From: Squalus acanthias
Taxonomy: Eukaryota
Direction: 5' to 3'
DNA: 64,000 nucleotides
Assembly (NCBI GenBank): GCA_030390025.1
Contig: CM059433.1
Location: 24,182,001 to 24,246,000 of the forward strand
The first letter of the stretch is position 1. Each line of letters begins with the position of its first letter. The notes beneath the pieces were generated by a model that saw nothing but the letters and a program-made list of their open reading frames with translations, was not told the origin of the DNA and ran no database searches. This document shows, piece after piece, positions 48,661-61,395 of the stretch. The translations under genes were made by a program, and so were the position numbers.

Positions 48661-50800
48661 GGCCTAGAAATTCGAGATCACTAAAAACCTGCCGGTGCCA
48701 CTGCGGACCTGTGATAACGGCCGCCAAAATTGATGGCGCTGGCAGGACCGGGGTATTGGTGCTGGTGGCTAATTAACATTAGCCCAGCGCTAAACTTATC
48801 ATGAAAGGCCATTTTCGTGGCGGTAGTCCCGGCAGGAGGCCCAATGTAGCGTGGCCGCAGTATCATTACAGCACGAACAGCCTTCTCTTAAAGCAAGACT
48901 GTCATTTCATTAAAGGGGAACTGCCTTCTAAAATTAAAAAAATTAAAATCATGTAAAAATAGGCAGTTTTTAACTCAACTGCCTTCTGAAAAAAATTAAC
49001 ATTAAAAAGAATTCCCAAATGGGAGTCTTCAGCTCTTAAAGCTGAATTCCCTTCCACACCTAAAAAAAAATGGGAAAAGTGCTTCAGCGCTAACACAAAT
49101 GACTCAGCAATCCAGGGAAGGGGCACCCAGGGTCTCGGACGCAGCACTCCAGCTTTGTGCAGGGGGTCAACACTGGAAGAGAGGCTCTCTACCCACAGGG
49201 GTCAGGAGGCCCTCCAGAAATAAAGATGTGGGACCAGATCACCGAGGCCGTCACTGCCAGCAGTGTCTCCCCCACGACCTGGCTCCAGTGCCCAAAGAAG
49301 CTTCATGACCTCAGACCAGTGAATGCATCCTCAAGAGCCATCTCCTACCAATTGCACCACTAGCTTCACACACTCCCCCACCTCCCCCAATAACTCACCA
49401 ACCAACAATCTGTACCAAACATGAGGCACACCTCCCATTCCTAGCTTCATCTCACCCCCCTGGAGAAGACGGTGCTGGCCATTCTTGGCAGGGGCATGGC
49501 TGAAAGGATACAAGATGCTGGTATCCTCATATGTTATCCTTCTTCTCGCATGCACCTCTTGTTTTCCCGCCCTCCCCTCACCACAACTCCACCATTGTGC
49601 CTTTCTCATTTCAGACACCCAAGAAATGCAGCCTGGCAAGCCAGTGGTTGACCAAGAAGAGGGAGAGGAGAGTGAGAAGAAGAAACACTGTCACTCGATT
49701 TCACACTCCCAGCCACCAGATCCTCAAGGTTGACCAGCAAGGCCATTTGCAGTGTCCCCCACTGAAAGTCAGCAGCCTTCCACCAGCCATGCTGCAGCCA
49801 CTGGGGTAGCACTGCGTGACATTAGCAGGATAGGCAAAGGCACACACAAGACAGTCGCTAAGGGAATGCATACGGGTAATTAGTTGATTTCTTGATGTCA
49901 TATTGGATGGATAGATGTATAAAGTTGGATTGGAAAGTTTGCTTTGTGATGGCTTTTATTTCAGCATTTTGGCCAAGAGGACGTTGTGATGGTCAGTAAC
50001 AGAGGGAAGGTAAAGTGTGAGACAAATGTTGAAAGGGGAATTGGGGTTGTGGTCACTGGTACCGCAGGCGGATGATTCCATCCCGGATATCCTGGCCAGA
50101 AAGGGGCTGTCTGGTTTGCATCTTTCCTTCTGCTTCCTCCTCTTCTGAGTCTTCCTCTTCTGCGTCTTCCTCTTCCCTCTGCGAACGGATGCCGTAAATC
50201 TGAAATAAATTCATAAAATGCTGGAAATACTCAGCAGGTCAGGCAGCATCTCGACCTGAAACGTTAACTCTGTTTCTCTCTCCACGGGTGCTGCCTGACC
50301 TGCTGAGCATTTCCAGCATTTTCTTTCTTCTCAGAGACCATCTTTTACCATTCGAGGCCTAGCAAGCATCCAGCAGCACTCCCTGCACACTTTCAAAACT
50401 TTTACCATGTATTGCACCAAGCCACTACTTCAGTAAAATATTAAAAATCTAGTCCAAAAGCTTAAATGCAAACTTACCTGAACGATGTGTGTTCCTCTAA
50501 GAAGTGCTGACCGTCTCTGTTAGTCTGCTGCACATTCGCTTTTCAGAGCGAGCTTAGGACCCAGCGCTAACCTGAGCACAAAGGTCCAAGTTCGCAGAGC
50601 GTGACGTTAAGTCGGCGTGTGACGTCACGCTCTCCATATTTGCATCTCCAGGACCAGCGTTGCTATCAGCAGCGCTAAGACCCTAACCAAAATGGCAGCC
50701 GCCAAGTCCTGTGCCAGAGGCAGGCGTTAGAGTGGTGGCCGCCATTTTGTCCAGGATTGCGGCGCAAACGGATGGCGGTAAGTAGCTCAATTTCTGGGCC
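48661..50800. mobile_element. Internally deleted, decayed Harbinger element (2140 bp) in an ELOVL5 intron
   Basis: TIRs GGCCTAGAAATT / GGCCCAGAAATT and TSD AAA. Myb remnant on + at ~49099-49315 (APRVSDAAL...MWDQITEAV...WLQCPKKLHDL). Transposase acidic C-terminus on - at ~50054-50182 (EEEDAEEED...DIRDGIIRLRYQ*). Confidence 0.85.
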
Positions 50801-51615
50801 AAAGTAAAATACCAGATATGGAATATCATCCTAAAACTATTCTAATTTATTTTTTCAACTTACCACATTAATACAGAGGTTTTGGTCCCTTCGATGAATT
50901 TGACAATAATGGATGTGCATGTGCAGTATTGGGGGACCAGCTTGATAATTAAAGCTGGAGTTCTTGGGGAGGAAATTTTCTTGGAGCTTCTCACTGCGCA
51001 ACTCATTTACACGTGTTAACGGAGTTTCCACTGCACTTCCGGCAAAGTTCTGGCCGTAGGTTATTGGTGAGTAAGCGCTGCTTGTTGGCACTGTTGACAA
51101 CTTCTTCCACTATTTTCACACACCAAATGCCAAACTGCAATTTTATCTGTTTTTGAGTATCTACATTAAGCCCAGTGCCAGCGCTACAATTCAAATTCCT
51201 ACTTTAACACAGATCTAGATTCCCAATGTATTTCTTGTTTAAATATCCGATACTAGATCTTTCACTGAACCATACAATGCAATATCTCTTTATCTACTGC
51301 CCATACTTGGCCATGAGAGGGTGAAGGGAGAATTCCATAGGCTACAGTGTGTTACCAATGTTGTAAATAGGGTGGAAGATTTTCTTTGATCGCTATTTCT
51401 AGTTAAATTGAAAATGCATTCTTTTAGAACGTGTTTACAATTTGCTGGAAATAGCAATCAGATAACATGTTCCCAACTATGCTTATGATGTGGTTAACAC
51501 ATAGCAACCATAGGACATCTCTCGCCCCACCCCCAATTTTAACTCTAATTTATCCCACTTCAATAAGTAGATCCTTTTCAAAAATCACATCCTTCTGAAA
51601 TAAAGTGAAACTTTT

Positions 51616-51770
51616 GGGGTAATTTTCCACTTCTCTGCTTGGGCGGTAATCTCTCGGAGCAGATCACTGGCCCATGCATTTGAATGAGATGAAAATCAGG
51701 CAGGTTCTACAACGGGCAAGCGATCCGTTCCAGCAGACTACCCCCAGGTGGAGAAATTAAAAATTACCCC
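51616..51770. mobile_element. Short MITE with GGGGTAATTTT TIRs
   Basis: ggggtaatttt...aaaattacccc; the TIR resembles that of the autonomous Harbinger. Confidence 0.65.
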
Positions 51771-52007
51771 CTCATCTCTTCCCCACCCCCACTGTTTCTG
51801 CCTTCCTTAAAGCATCTCATATTCTACAGTGTGTCACTCTTTTGGAAATTTGAACCATGTATCTAAAATTCCAATTATATCCAAATCTTACTTCACGTTG
51901 AATACTTTAGTCCCACCATTTTATCTATTCCAACAATTGGTATAAAAACTGCTTACTTTGACTCTTTCTCTTCCCACCCCAAATAATATCTGGTTTGAAA
52001 CAGTACT

Positions 52008-52797
52008 GGCCCGGATTTTGCGGTCAGCGGCAAAAGAACGGCGCTTGCCGTTCACTACGCTGGCAGCAGCCCACAGACTTTTCGCGGGCTTTTGAGCGAA
52101 GACGTGCTGCCATCGAGCATCTGATCTAGCGCGGCGCCCTCTACAGGGGATCTGTGGCCTGCGTGAGCAGAGAAAGAAACAGTGCAGCTCTTCAACCAAT
52201 CAGATTGAAGTATCCTCACTGAGACACGCAAAGTTTAAACCAGGAAGTATAAGCCAGGAATTATAAATTAGATTTACATCATGTACAAAAGGTGAAATAA
52301 AGATTAGGAAAGAAAGATAGGTTTAAGAGAGAGAGAGAGAGAGAGCGTTAAAAGAGAAAGACAGAAAAAGTTTTTTTAAAAATAAAAAAAAAATTGAAAT
52401 TCCTACACTTATTAAACTCTGAAGGAATGAGACTCCAAACTTGTAAAATTTTAATTTTCAGGGCCAAAGAGGTTGTTTGGCAGTAATTATGACTTAGCAT
52501 GTTGTTAAAAATTCACTTACACCTGAATGCACCAGCCCTTACTTTTTCTGGAGAGTTTAGTGAGTAACTAGTGGGTAAATACCGCAACTTCATGCCCTTA
52601 CATTGATTTCGATGCAAAGTCTATCGGCGAGGTACTGTTATAGCACAGCCTATGGAGGAGCAGGGTAACTCGGACTGCAACTTCCGGATTTCCGCGTTTT
52701 ACTGCACGTGTGCGTACTGCGGAAGTTGCTGTCCGATTTACTCCATAATAACGGTGAGCGCTGTTAGCCTCGCTGTTATTCTCAACGCAAAATCCAT
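52008..52797. mobile_element. Non-autonomous DNA element (GGATTTTGC terminal inverted motif)
   Basis: ggcccggattttgcg...cgcaaaatcc; homologous to 7880-8625. Confidence 0.7.
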
Positions 52798-53242
52798 TGT
52801 CATCCATCTGCTTGCTTGACTGTAATTTACTTTACCCTGCTTTACATTAGGTCTTTCTTTCCAGGCTCCAATATGTATTTCTTCCACGTGACCATCCTTA
52901 CCCATTTGTACCTTCTTTAAATCTTTCTTCATTATGTTTAATACATTTCGCTAGTTTTCTTGCATTTGTTTATTTATTTCAATCTTTATTACAAAAACCT
53001 TACCCCAAAAGGATCTCGAGCATTAATGAAGTTAAACCTTTTCCCTCCATACCACCTCTTTAACCACTCATTTACACTATTTGCATTCCGACAATGTGGA
53101 CTTCTTCCTAAGCTATGCTCATGGCTATCCTGTTTCCTTTCATATCCTTATTTGCGCTGCAGTTGTCTCATCATTTGACTCTTTCTGCATTAACTCATGG
53201 GTTCCCTGGGGCTCTGTGCTCTTGCCCATTCTGCTCTTTCAC

Positions 53243-53549
53243 AGAATCCCCACAATGCAGATAGAGGCCATTTCGGCCCATCGAGCCTGCACCGACACAT
53301 ATCCCACCCTATCCCCGTAACCCCACGTATTTAATCCCCCTAACACTAAGGGTCAATTTATCATAGCCAAATCAACCTAACCCGCACATCTTTGGACTGT
53401 GGGAGGAAACCGGAGCACCCGGAGGAAACCCACGCAGACACGGGGAGAATGTGCAAATTTCACACAGACAGTCACCCGAGGCCGGATTCGAATCCGGGTC
53501 CCTGGCGCTGTGAGGCAACAGTGCTAACCACTATGCCACCGTGTTGCCC
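53243..53549 (-). mobile_element. HE1-like V-SINE, inserted in a very old LINE RT remnant
   Basis: Reverse complement of 24236-24520. The flanks show GVP(W)GSVL and DDSTL-like remnants. Confidence 0.85.
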
Positions 53550-55018
53550 CTGCTTTCTCTGCAGAAGATCTTCTCCCGCTCATCATCCAAGCCTATCCCT
53601 ACCTCTACTGATGATTCCACTCTACATTTATCAGCTTTCTTCAGACTGCATGCCCACAGTGCACAAAGCCTTCATCCTTTTTATGGTGCAACAGCAGAAT
53701 CCCTCCATGTTGATCTCCTCCGTGCTCTTTGGTAGAGCAATGAAAATCTTGTTTTCTTTCAATTCTTCAAAGACACATTTGCTTTTGCAAATCCTTCACC
53801 TCTTATCTTTGATGGCCCCACCCTTAGTCATTCATCGATCGGCATGCTCAGGTTCACAATCTTCACTGATTTGGAATTGAACTTTCAATCTCTTCAAATT
53901 TTTTTTCAAAGAAATTTAGTTTCCCTTTTTTGCCAAACACTTCTTTCTTCTTCAATAAATCTCAAGTCTCCATAAACCCCAAGACTTGAATACATCTATA
54001 TCTGGGGAGGTTTTTCTATCACCTCTCTCATACTTCTGGACACAATACAAGATAAAGTTTGTCGTTGGATAAGCAATCTTTCTCTCACCTCCAATCTTCT
54101 TCTCTCCATTGTAGCCTGTCTCCCTATTTTGCCAATATTGATATGATTATTGCTCCTCTGGACATTCCTCTCTTGTTTCACCTAAACGCCAAATATGTCA
54201 TTCTAAATGCTAACCTTGTCACCCCGCTTTGTCGTCAGTCCCTCCTACAATCTACAGACTTTTAAAAGGAAAGCATCATCTCTCCTACTTTCTTCAACCT
54301 TCTTGGTGTCCTACACTGTGGACGGTGGCCCTTCACTGAGCTTTCTCAATAATTAACAAAAGGTCATCTACACATTCCAGTAAAGTCCAGACTCCACGAC
54401 CACCACTTTACATTCTCTTCCCTGAAAGATCATATCCAACTTCACCGACTCACTTCTCAATTTTGGGAATCAAAGTGTTCCTCATGTCACAATTCTCCCT
54501 TACCCTGGATAGGGTCCAAATCCTTTTCTACCCATGAACCTGCTGAGCCTGACTGATTTTTTCCCCCCCCCTCACTACGTTCCTTTTCAGGATTTTTGTA
54601 ACGCACTGACAGAACCCTCCGTTTTCCCTCTTTCCCACAGACATTTTCTAAGTTATGGCACTGCCATCTTATCACAGGCCAGTACATTGATAATTAACAT
54701 TTGCTCACCATCCAGAAGTTGTAAAGACCATACAAAATCATATTAATTACCAATTGGAAAGTGTGCTGTGTGGCATACCAGCAGGGAAATCAGACATGGA
54801 GGAGGAGGAGGAAGAAAGTTACATTTAAATATTTGCACAAAATAAAAAAAACTGCAGACTTTGTATTCCAGTGCAAAATGACAACTTCAACATCAGCTCT
54901 CCGCTATTGACAGATACCCATCAAAAACCATGCACAAGACAAAATATAGCAATGCTGGAAATTTGGTCTTTGCGCACACGTTTCCGGGTATCTGAGTAAA
55001 ATGACAGGTTTCACTTAC

Positions 55019-55143
55019 CAACTGCCCTTGAGTAATGTATTTCTTCCACCAAAGATAAGGTCGCATGGCTGGGATAGCAGAAAGGCCATAATAGGAATAC
55101 ATCAGCATGTGAATGAAACTGTTAAGTGTGGCCCCAAAGAAGG
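55019..55143 (-). CDS. ELOVL5: ELOVL5 coding exon (125 bp) with NxxxHxxMYxYY motif
   Basis: tttgcag/gtaagt boundaries. The phase-1 start matches the previous exon. Translates (S)FFGATLNSFIHMLMYSYYGLSAIPAMRPYLWWKKYITQGQL. Confidence 0.97.
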
Positions 55144-56924
55144 CTGCAAACAAACATGGGCGTGTCAGTTGAACACAATGGAGATACAGACAAGAAAATA
55201 CATTATCGCTAAAATCTGGAAAATATGAAAACCAAAAACACTGGTCTTGAAAAGCAGTCTATGTAGTAATTCTATTCAAGGGATCCAATCTGCATACTCA
55301 TCCTCCTGAGTTCTGTAGATAAGAGCCACATATGCACAACTCTAAAAGGGTAGAGATTACATTTAGGAAGTCATATTACAAAATTTTCGAAGGCATTAAT
55401 CTCTAGCAACACAATAAAAGCACAATTACACAGTCAGGAAGTTACATAGTTCCAATGGGTTTCCCTCTAAATGGGCTCTCAAATAAGAAACTTGTATAGA
55501 GTTTGGTGATCAAACACAGCACATTCTGCATCAGATATATAGATACATGGATTACTAAACTGGAATTTAAATTTTATAAGTACATAGCAGAAAACACCAT
55601 AGGCCAAATGCTAGGGACGAGCCTTCAGATTCAGCTTTGTCACAGGGACCACTCTTCAAGCCTCTTTTTAATTTCCCTGGGGCAGACATATATCTACCAC
55701 CAACTGGATTGCCGACATGGCAGAAGCATAAATTAGCACCCATCACTGGATCACAAGCATCAAATGAATATTTTACCAGCAGATTGCGAAGAATCTGACA
55801 GGCCCCACCACACTACCAGGGCGATTTGAAACTCCTCTCAATTAACAGACAATGTGACAAGGTATGAAAAATGACTTTTCATTTACAATTAGCAATGACT
55901 GAACAGCAAACGTTAAATAATGCACGTGCAGGATGTTTTGTGCTTCTGCTTTTGTACACTACTGTTCTTTTTTAAAGGGCTATGTACATCTAAATCTAAA
56001 CTGGTCAGAATTGGGCCAAATCCGAGTCAATTTAGTTCATTGCTCATCCTAACCACGTGGGCTAAAGGACATTATTCATTTATCAAGAGATACCTCAATT
56101 ACATAAAGAGGCAATAAAAATTTAACAACTTCCATTTGATCCATGAATTAAGCAAAAGTAATCGTGAATAGTATTTTATGTTTAAAAGGATGCTTTATCC
56201 CTTTTCAAGCAGGACTGTTTTTCAATTCAAAGAAAATTAAAATTTAATCAAACAGTAATTTTCAAATAAACTATTTCAAAATACTAGGCCTTGAAAAGGA
56301 CAGATGCCTGGTTGTTAAATTTGTAAAATTGACAAAGCTGTCAATTTGAAAAGGAAGCTTTGAAGAGCAACTAAACCCAAAATAACTCAGCATTAAAAAA
56401 AATTTTTCCAGTTCCTCTGCAGCATTCGTGACTTAGGAATGGCTTGCATTTAGACAGCACACTTGACAGGCAGAGTCACTGCCTGGTGTTTAATACTGAA
56501 CATGGACACAATAATTCAGATCCGAGCCAATCGCAGTAGAGGCCACACAGTAGGGGATGTACAGGTTGCCTTGACCAGTACCCAAATGGTGCACCACACA
56601 TAAATAACATAAGCATCCATACCCCCCTGTAAAGAGGCACTGTCCTAGTAAACCATCCCAATAAATGCAGGCAAAATATTAAAGCCCCTGAATATCCTTG
56701 GACATTTTGCTGCTGCTTACGCACGTAAACAAGGTTATCGTCGCACTGCTGGCAAAGTTACGTGCTGCAGTGGCAAGAAGTTTCAAAGAAATTCAGGGCC
56801 AAAGTTTCAAAATAATGCACTGAGCAGAAAATTAAAATTAAAAATACAAACATGTTTAGGTTTAGTTGCCCGTTGAAAATTAAAATAAATCTCCTAACAA
56901 AGGAAAGACCGTTATCTCTCTTAC

Positions 56925-57096
56925 AGTGACCACAGGGCACCCAGTTCATAACAAACCACCAGATGTTGAACATGGTGGCATGGTGATAGACATGCAGGAC
57001 AGTGATCTGATGGTAGTTCTTTCGTAAAATGAAGAAAAAAGTGTCCATGAACTCAATGACTTTAGAGAAGTAGTACCACCATAGGACACGGATAAT
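56925..57096 (-). CDS. ELOVL5: ELOVL5 coding exon (172 bp) with KxxExxDT motif and HxxHH histidine box
   Basis: ttttcacag/gtaag boundaries. Translates [69 protein letters not shown] is ELOVL5-type rather than ELOVL2-type. Confidence 0.97.
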
Positions 57097-58567
57097 CTGT
57101 GAAAAAGAGGGAATAAAGCTTAAATGTAGTTTATCATGGATGCATCACCATAAAAACTATCTGCTTAATAGCTCGCACAAGGTCTATAAGTGCATCAATT
57201 TATCTGTTGGCTAAAGGCAAATCATTTGATGAAGTGGGTCGCAAAACATCAGGGGACAAATGTTATTATTCTTTGTGCCATTTGGCAAATACTGTGCTTT
57301 ACTGAGGACACTAAAGGGAAGTCTTCAGCAGTGGTTCCAGGATGTGTCAGTTTGACCGCACAAGAGGTTCGAGTGAAATTTTTTGACTAAAACCAAATCA
57401 CAAACAGAGGACTTATAGTTTGAAGAAACAAAAAGGGACTAACTGCCCATTTCACTTTGGCGGCTTCAGATTTTTGAGGTAAAAATGGCTGCGCTACCTA
57501 CCAGGTGTATGGCGTACTAATGCCTCCCGGTGCTGCCGACAGCCTTGTCCAAAAATTCGCAAGAGGCTTTTGTGGCACTCGGCATCAAACCAAAAACTAG
57601 CATTTAAATCATTTCATGTGAGGGCGTAATTTTGCGTGATTACAAGTATTTACCGCAGAGCTCGTATTATACTATTGCACTAACATACGGGTCATTCCAT
57701 TACATTTAAATGGAATTAAAAACTAAAACAACTTGTAAGATTTTCCAGTAATAAAACCAGGCCCTGTATCACAACACAGGAAGTTTAGCACAGTTTACTA
57801 TAAATTAATTGAAGCCTAGAAATTACTTTATTGGCAGTAACAGAAATCCATAGAAAGGTCTTCGACCTGAAACGTTAACTCTGTTTCTCTCTCCACGGAT
57901 GCTGCCTGGCCTGCTGAGTTTTTCCAGCGTTTTCTGTTGTTATTTAGCATCATTTATGTTTATCTGGGCAATAAAGCTCACTCATGAACATGTCATATTG
58001 TGCAATGTGACTCCTGCATGACGGAGGAGCTAATCACATCAGAGTTCCAATAATCCTGGCCAGCATATGCTCACAGCACAAACTAGCCTTTCAAACTGTG
58101 CAGATGAGAAGAATCCAGCTGTTCGGAGAGCATTTTGGGTGTGGCAGCAGAGCGTGGGCAATGAAAGAAATGCCAATTTAACTTTCAGGCCTTTTGAGTA
58201 TCTGGTAGAAGGCCTGACAGTATGTGAGCCACCATCGCTCCCACCCCTCCCCAAAGAGGAGGCTGATCATGCAAGACAGGAAATAGCCGGAGAGTAAATA
58301 CTGTGTGGCAAACCTGCTAAACCTGGGAGGATGTCTGCAAGAAGCTGTCAGACGTGAAGATAGTCTACAAAGGTAATTAATATGCAGGAGAGGCACCTGC
58401 CAAAAAAATTGATGTGCACTTGTCATAGATGGGAATGAAAAGAACTCAGCCTTGACAAACTGATTATGCTGAGCTGCTTATCCATGAAAAACATTATGAG
58501 GAAGTTAACAAGTGCATTGGTCTGATGAGATAACCAAGGGAAACAATGAGATGAACGTGAAGAATAA

Positions 58568-59504
58568 GGCCTGGAAATTCGATAAAGCCCGAAAACGGGC
58601 AGTACCACTGCGGGCCAAGGTTAACGGCTGCCTACTAATTTAAATGAGTGCCGCGCAGAACATCCCATGCAACCCGCACTCTTTCAGGCAGTAAGATCAG
58701 CAGGAGGCCGTAGGTCGGGTCTAAAGTATCGGTGCGGCGTTATCAGGAAATGAAGTGCAATGTTACCCGGTTGTGATCGTAGATTGACAGAGAGGGTATG
58801 CAAAATAAATGAAAGCCTAAAAATACACTAATCTGTCAGATTTTAAAGAGTGCAACCTGCAGTTTAGCTGAATTCTATGTTTAATTCAACTGTTCAAATA
58901 TTTAGCCGGCTAATTTGTCAAGTACAATTATTAATCAAAAAAAGTCATCATGAACTGATTAAATGACTGCAATTCGGGTGGAATCATTTTAGCAGTTTGA
59001 GGTTCCAAATATTTGAAGTTGTAAAAACTCATGCTACATGTGTCATAAAATTTCTGATTACACCATCTAGTGCAAACAATGTCAAAATTATTTGAAACAG
59101 TGATCAGTGAGGAATGCAAACCTGTCACAGGTTCGGTAGGGCTGCACATACCTTGCATAGTTATTGAAGTTATTCTCAGTGATCTATAGATCTCTGCCAC
59201 TTTCTCCCGGGTCTACACGCTGGCAACGGCTGCACACACAGGCGTGCTTTGGTGAGGGCGTTAAAAGGAGCGGCGCTGTCTAAAATTGGTCAGCGTGCGT
59301 CAATTCGGTGTTGCACGCCGATTGACATCACGCTCTTGATCATTAAAATATTTGAGGTGAGGGCAGGCCACGGCAGTACTGCCGACCTGCCCAATATGGC
59401 GGCCGCTGCGTTCCATGCCGGAAGTGGGCAAAAGCGAGGCGGCCGCCATTTTTTCTTCAAAACCAACCTTAACAGCCGGCGCTAAAGGTTCCAATTTCTA
59501 GGCC
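58568..59504. mobile_element. Non-autonomous Harbinger-type element (937 bp)
   Basis: TIRs GGCCTGGAAATT / GGCCTAGAAATT; flanks TAA/CAA. Confidence 0.75.
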
Positions 59505-60085
59505 CAAGTACAGGAAAGAGGTGGTCCTGAAGGGGACAAGTAGATTATTGTATCAAGTTCATAGAAACCTATGTACACAGCATGAATTCAGAAAGTCATT
59601 TTGGATAGTAATTGAACTTAGCAAGATGCATCCAATTCCCTTTAAAGACCCAGTATGTCACACAGGCAATACTGCTCTTGATATTCTCTGTGCTCTACAT
59701 ATTCTCAGTGTATGAAGAGACACTGACAGCAATACCAGCCAGGACAAATTCATTATCCTCTTCCAGACATCATATCAGAAATGACTGGTAGTGAGAACAG
59801 AGATGGAGTGGTGGACGCTAAGCTGGAGGATGTACGTGAGATCATGGTTATATTATAATGTTCATTGTATAATGCTGCCTCATTGGTATACAATCAACAC
59901 CACACAGGATAGCAAGCAGTGATAGTGCTGCTGTATTCTGATTGATTAAACCTGAAGATTTGCCTTCTTTATTCACGGCAACAAAGGAAAAGAGTGCGCC
60001 ACACACTACAGAATCCTGAGCTAGAACCACCAAGTTATACAAGCAGAAGGTGACTCATAGTGCATGGCCAATGAAGAGCATGTGG

Positions 60086-60366
60086 AATAACAACAGAAAA
60101 CGCTGGAAAAACTCAGCAGGCCAGGCAGCATCCGTGGAGAGAGAAAGAGAGTTGACGTTTCAGGTCGATGACCTTTCATCAGAACTGGGAAGAGCTGGAA
60201 ATCAAATAGATTTAAGGTCAGGGTAAAGCTGGGAAAAGGGGGAGGGGATAAAGGAACAAAGGAGGAGATGAAGAGACATTAAGAGACACAGCTGGGAGAT
60301 ACAGAAAAGGGCAACAGTGCCACCTACTCTTGGGAGGTCTGCACTGCAAGGTAAGTAATGCTATGT
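60086..60366 (-). mobile_element. Second Penelope-like hammerhead element, in an ELOVL5 intron
   Basis: 12-bp TSD AAGAGCATGTGG (60074-60085, 60367-60378). Same family as 31812-32086. Confidence 0.75.
60150..60186 (-). ncRNA. Minimal type I hammerhead ribozyme motif (canonical GUC site)
   Basis: The minus strand reads AGTT-CTGATGA-A-AGGTC-atc-GACCT-GAAA-CGTC-AACT. Confidence 0.78.
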
Positions 60367-60975
60367 AAGAGCATGTGGTGTTGAGTACACAAGGTTAGGC
60401 ACCCGCTGGGCAGAGGTCCCAAACTATTACTGGTCCTGCCGCAGCAACTGTGGATTCAGATCTCACAACACCTGCTTATAAATAGAGATTACTATCTCAG
60501 GAGGATCGTCCATCAAGTCACTATTGTCCATGGAACACATGCTGCCAGCTCTGAGGAAGAGTCAACCACTCAAATCAGCTCTGTTATGGACAAGCGGTTG
60601 TCTAGACTGCAGTCTGCCATAGAAGAATAGCAACACAAGTGGCGATTGCAGTGGAGACTTTAGTGATAAAGGTCTTAAGCACAGTGGGAGCACCTCTTAT
60701 GAATGTTCAAAACTATAGAGGCTGTTACAGTGCAGGCTCTCGCCCAACGCTTTGAACATGCTCACAATAAAAAGGGAGCTTCCATAAGTTGACTGATTCT
60801 TCTCAATAGTCAGGCAATTGAGATCTTAGCCATTTCTAGTTCCCCTATACTTGTCAATGCTTTTTGAACAATGGACAACTCAGGGTTCAATTCAGATAGG
60901 ATGACTTTCAACTGTTGCCCTGGTCTGCAAACATTCATAGATTAACATATCCAAGGAGGTTGACCCAGACACAAT

Positions 60976-61395
60976 TGCAAAATACTGCGGATGCTGGAAA
61001 TCTGAAACAACAGCAGAAAATGCTGGAAACACTCAGCAGGTCAGGCAGCAGAGAGAAACAGAGTTAACGTTTCAGGTCGATGACCCTTAGTCAGAACTGG
61101 AAAAAGTTGGAGAAGTAACACATTTTTAAGCAAGTGCAGGGGCAGGGAAAGGGAGGAGGGGAGGAAAGAACAAAGGGAAGGTCTGTGATAGGATGGAAGG
61201 CAGGAGAGATTAAAAGACAAAAGGGATGATGGTGCAAGGCAAAAGGAGATGGTAATGGGACAAGTTAAGAAACAAAAGATGAGTCTAGATGAGGTGTAAA
61301 TGACAATGGCAGAATCATCAACAGCTGCCAGGTGAGAGAGAAAAGAAAACATAGGGGCCGAGGTTAGTCTGAAATTGTTGAACTCAGGTTGAGCC
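60976..61395 (-). mobile_element. Penelope-like terminal fragment with mutated hammerhead core (CTGACTA) at 61062-61098
   Basis: Shares the gcaaaatactgcggatgctggaaatctgaaa...gttaacgtttcaggtcgatgac block. Further partial copies occur at ~14268-14385, 43205-43340, 50185-50325 and 57853-57945. Confidence 0.7.

Noticed and set aside
59848..60042. YNL-containing ORF as an upstream ELOVL5 exon
   Set aside because: It is in the wrong exon order and has no further similarity. The 78-bp and 172-bp exons already join in frame.
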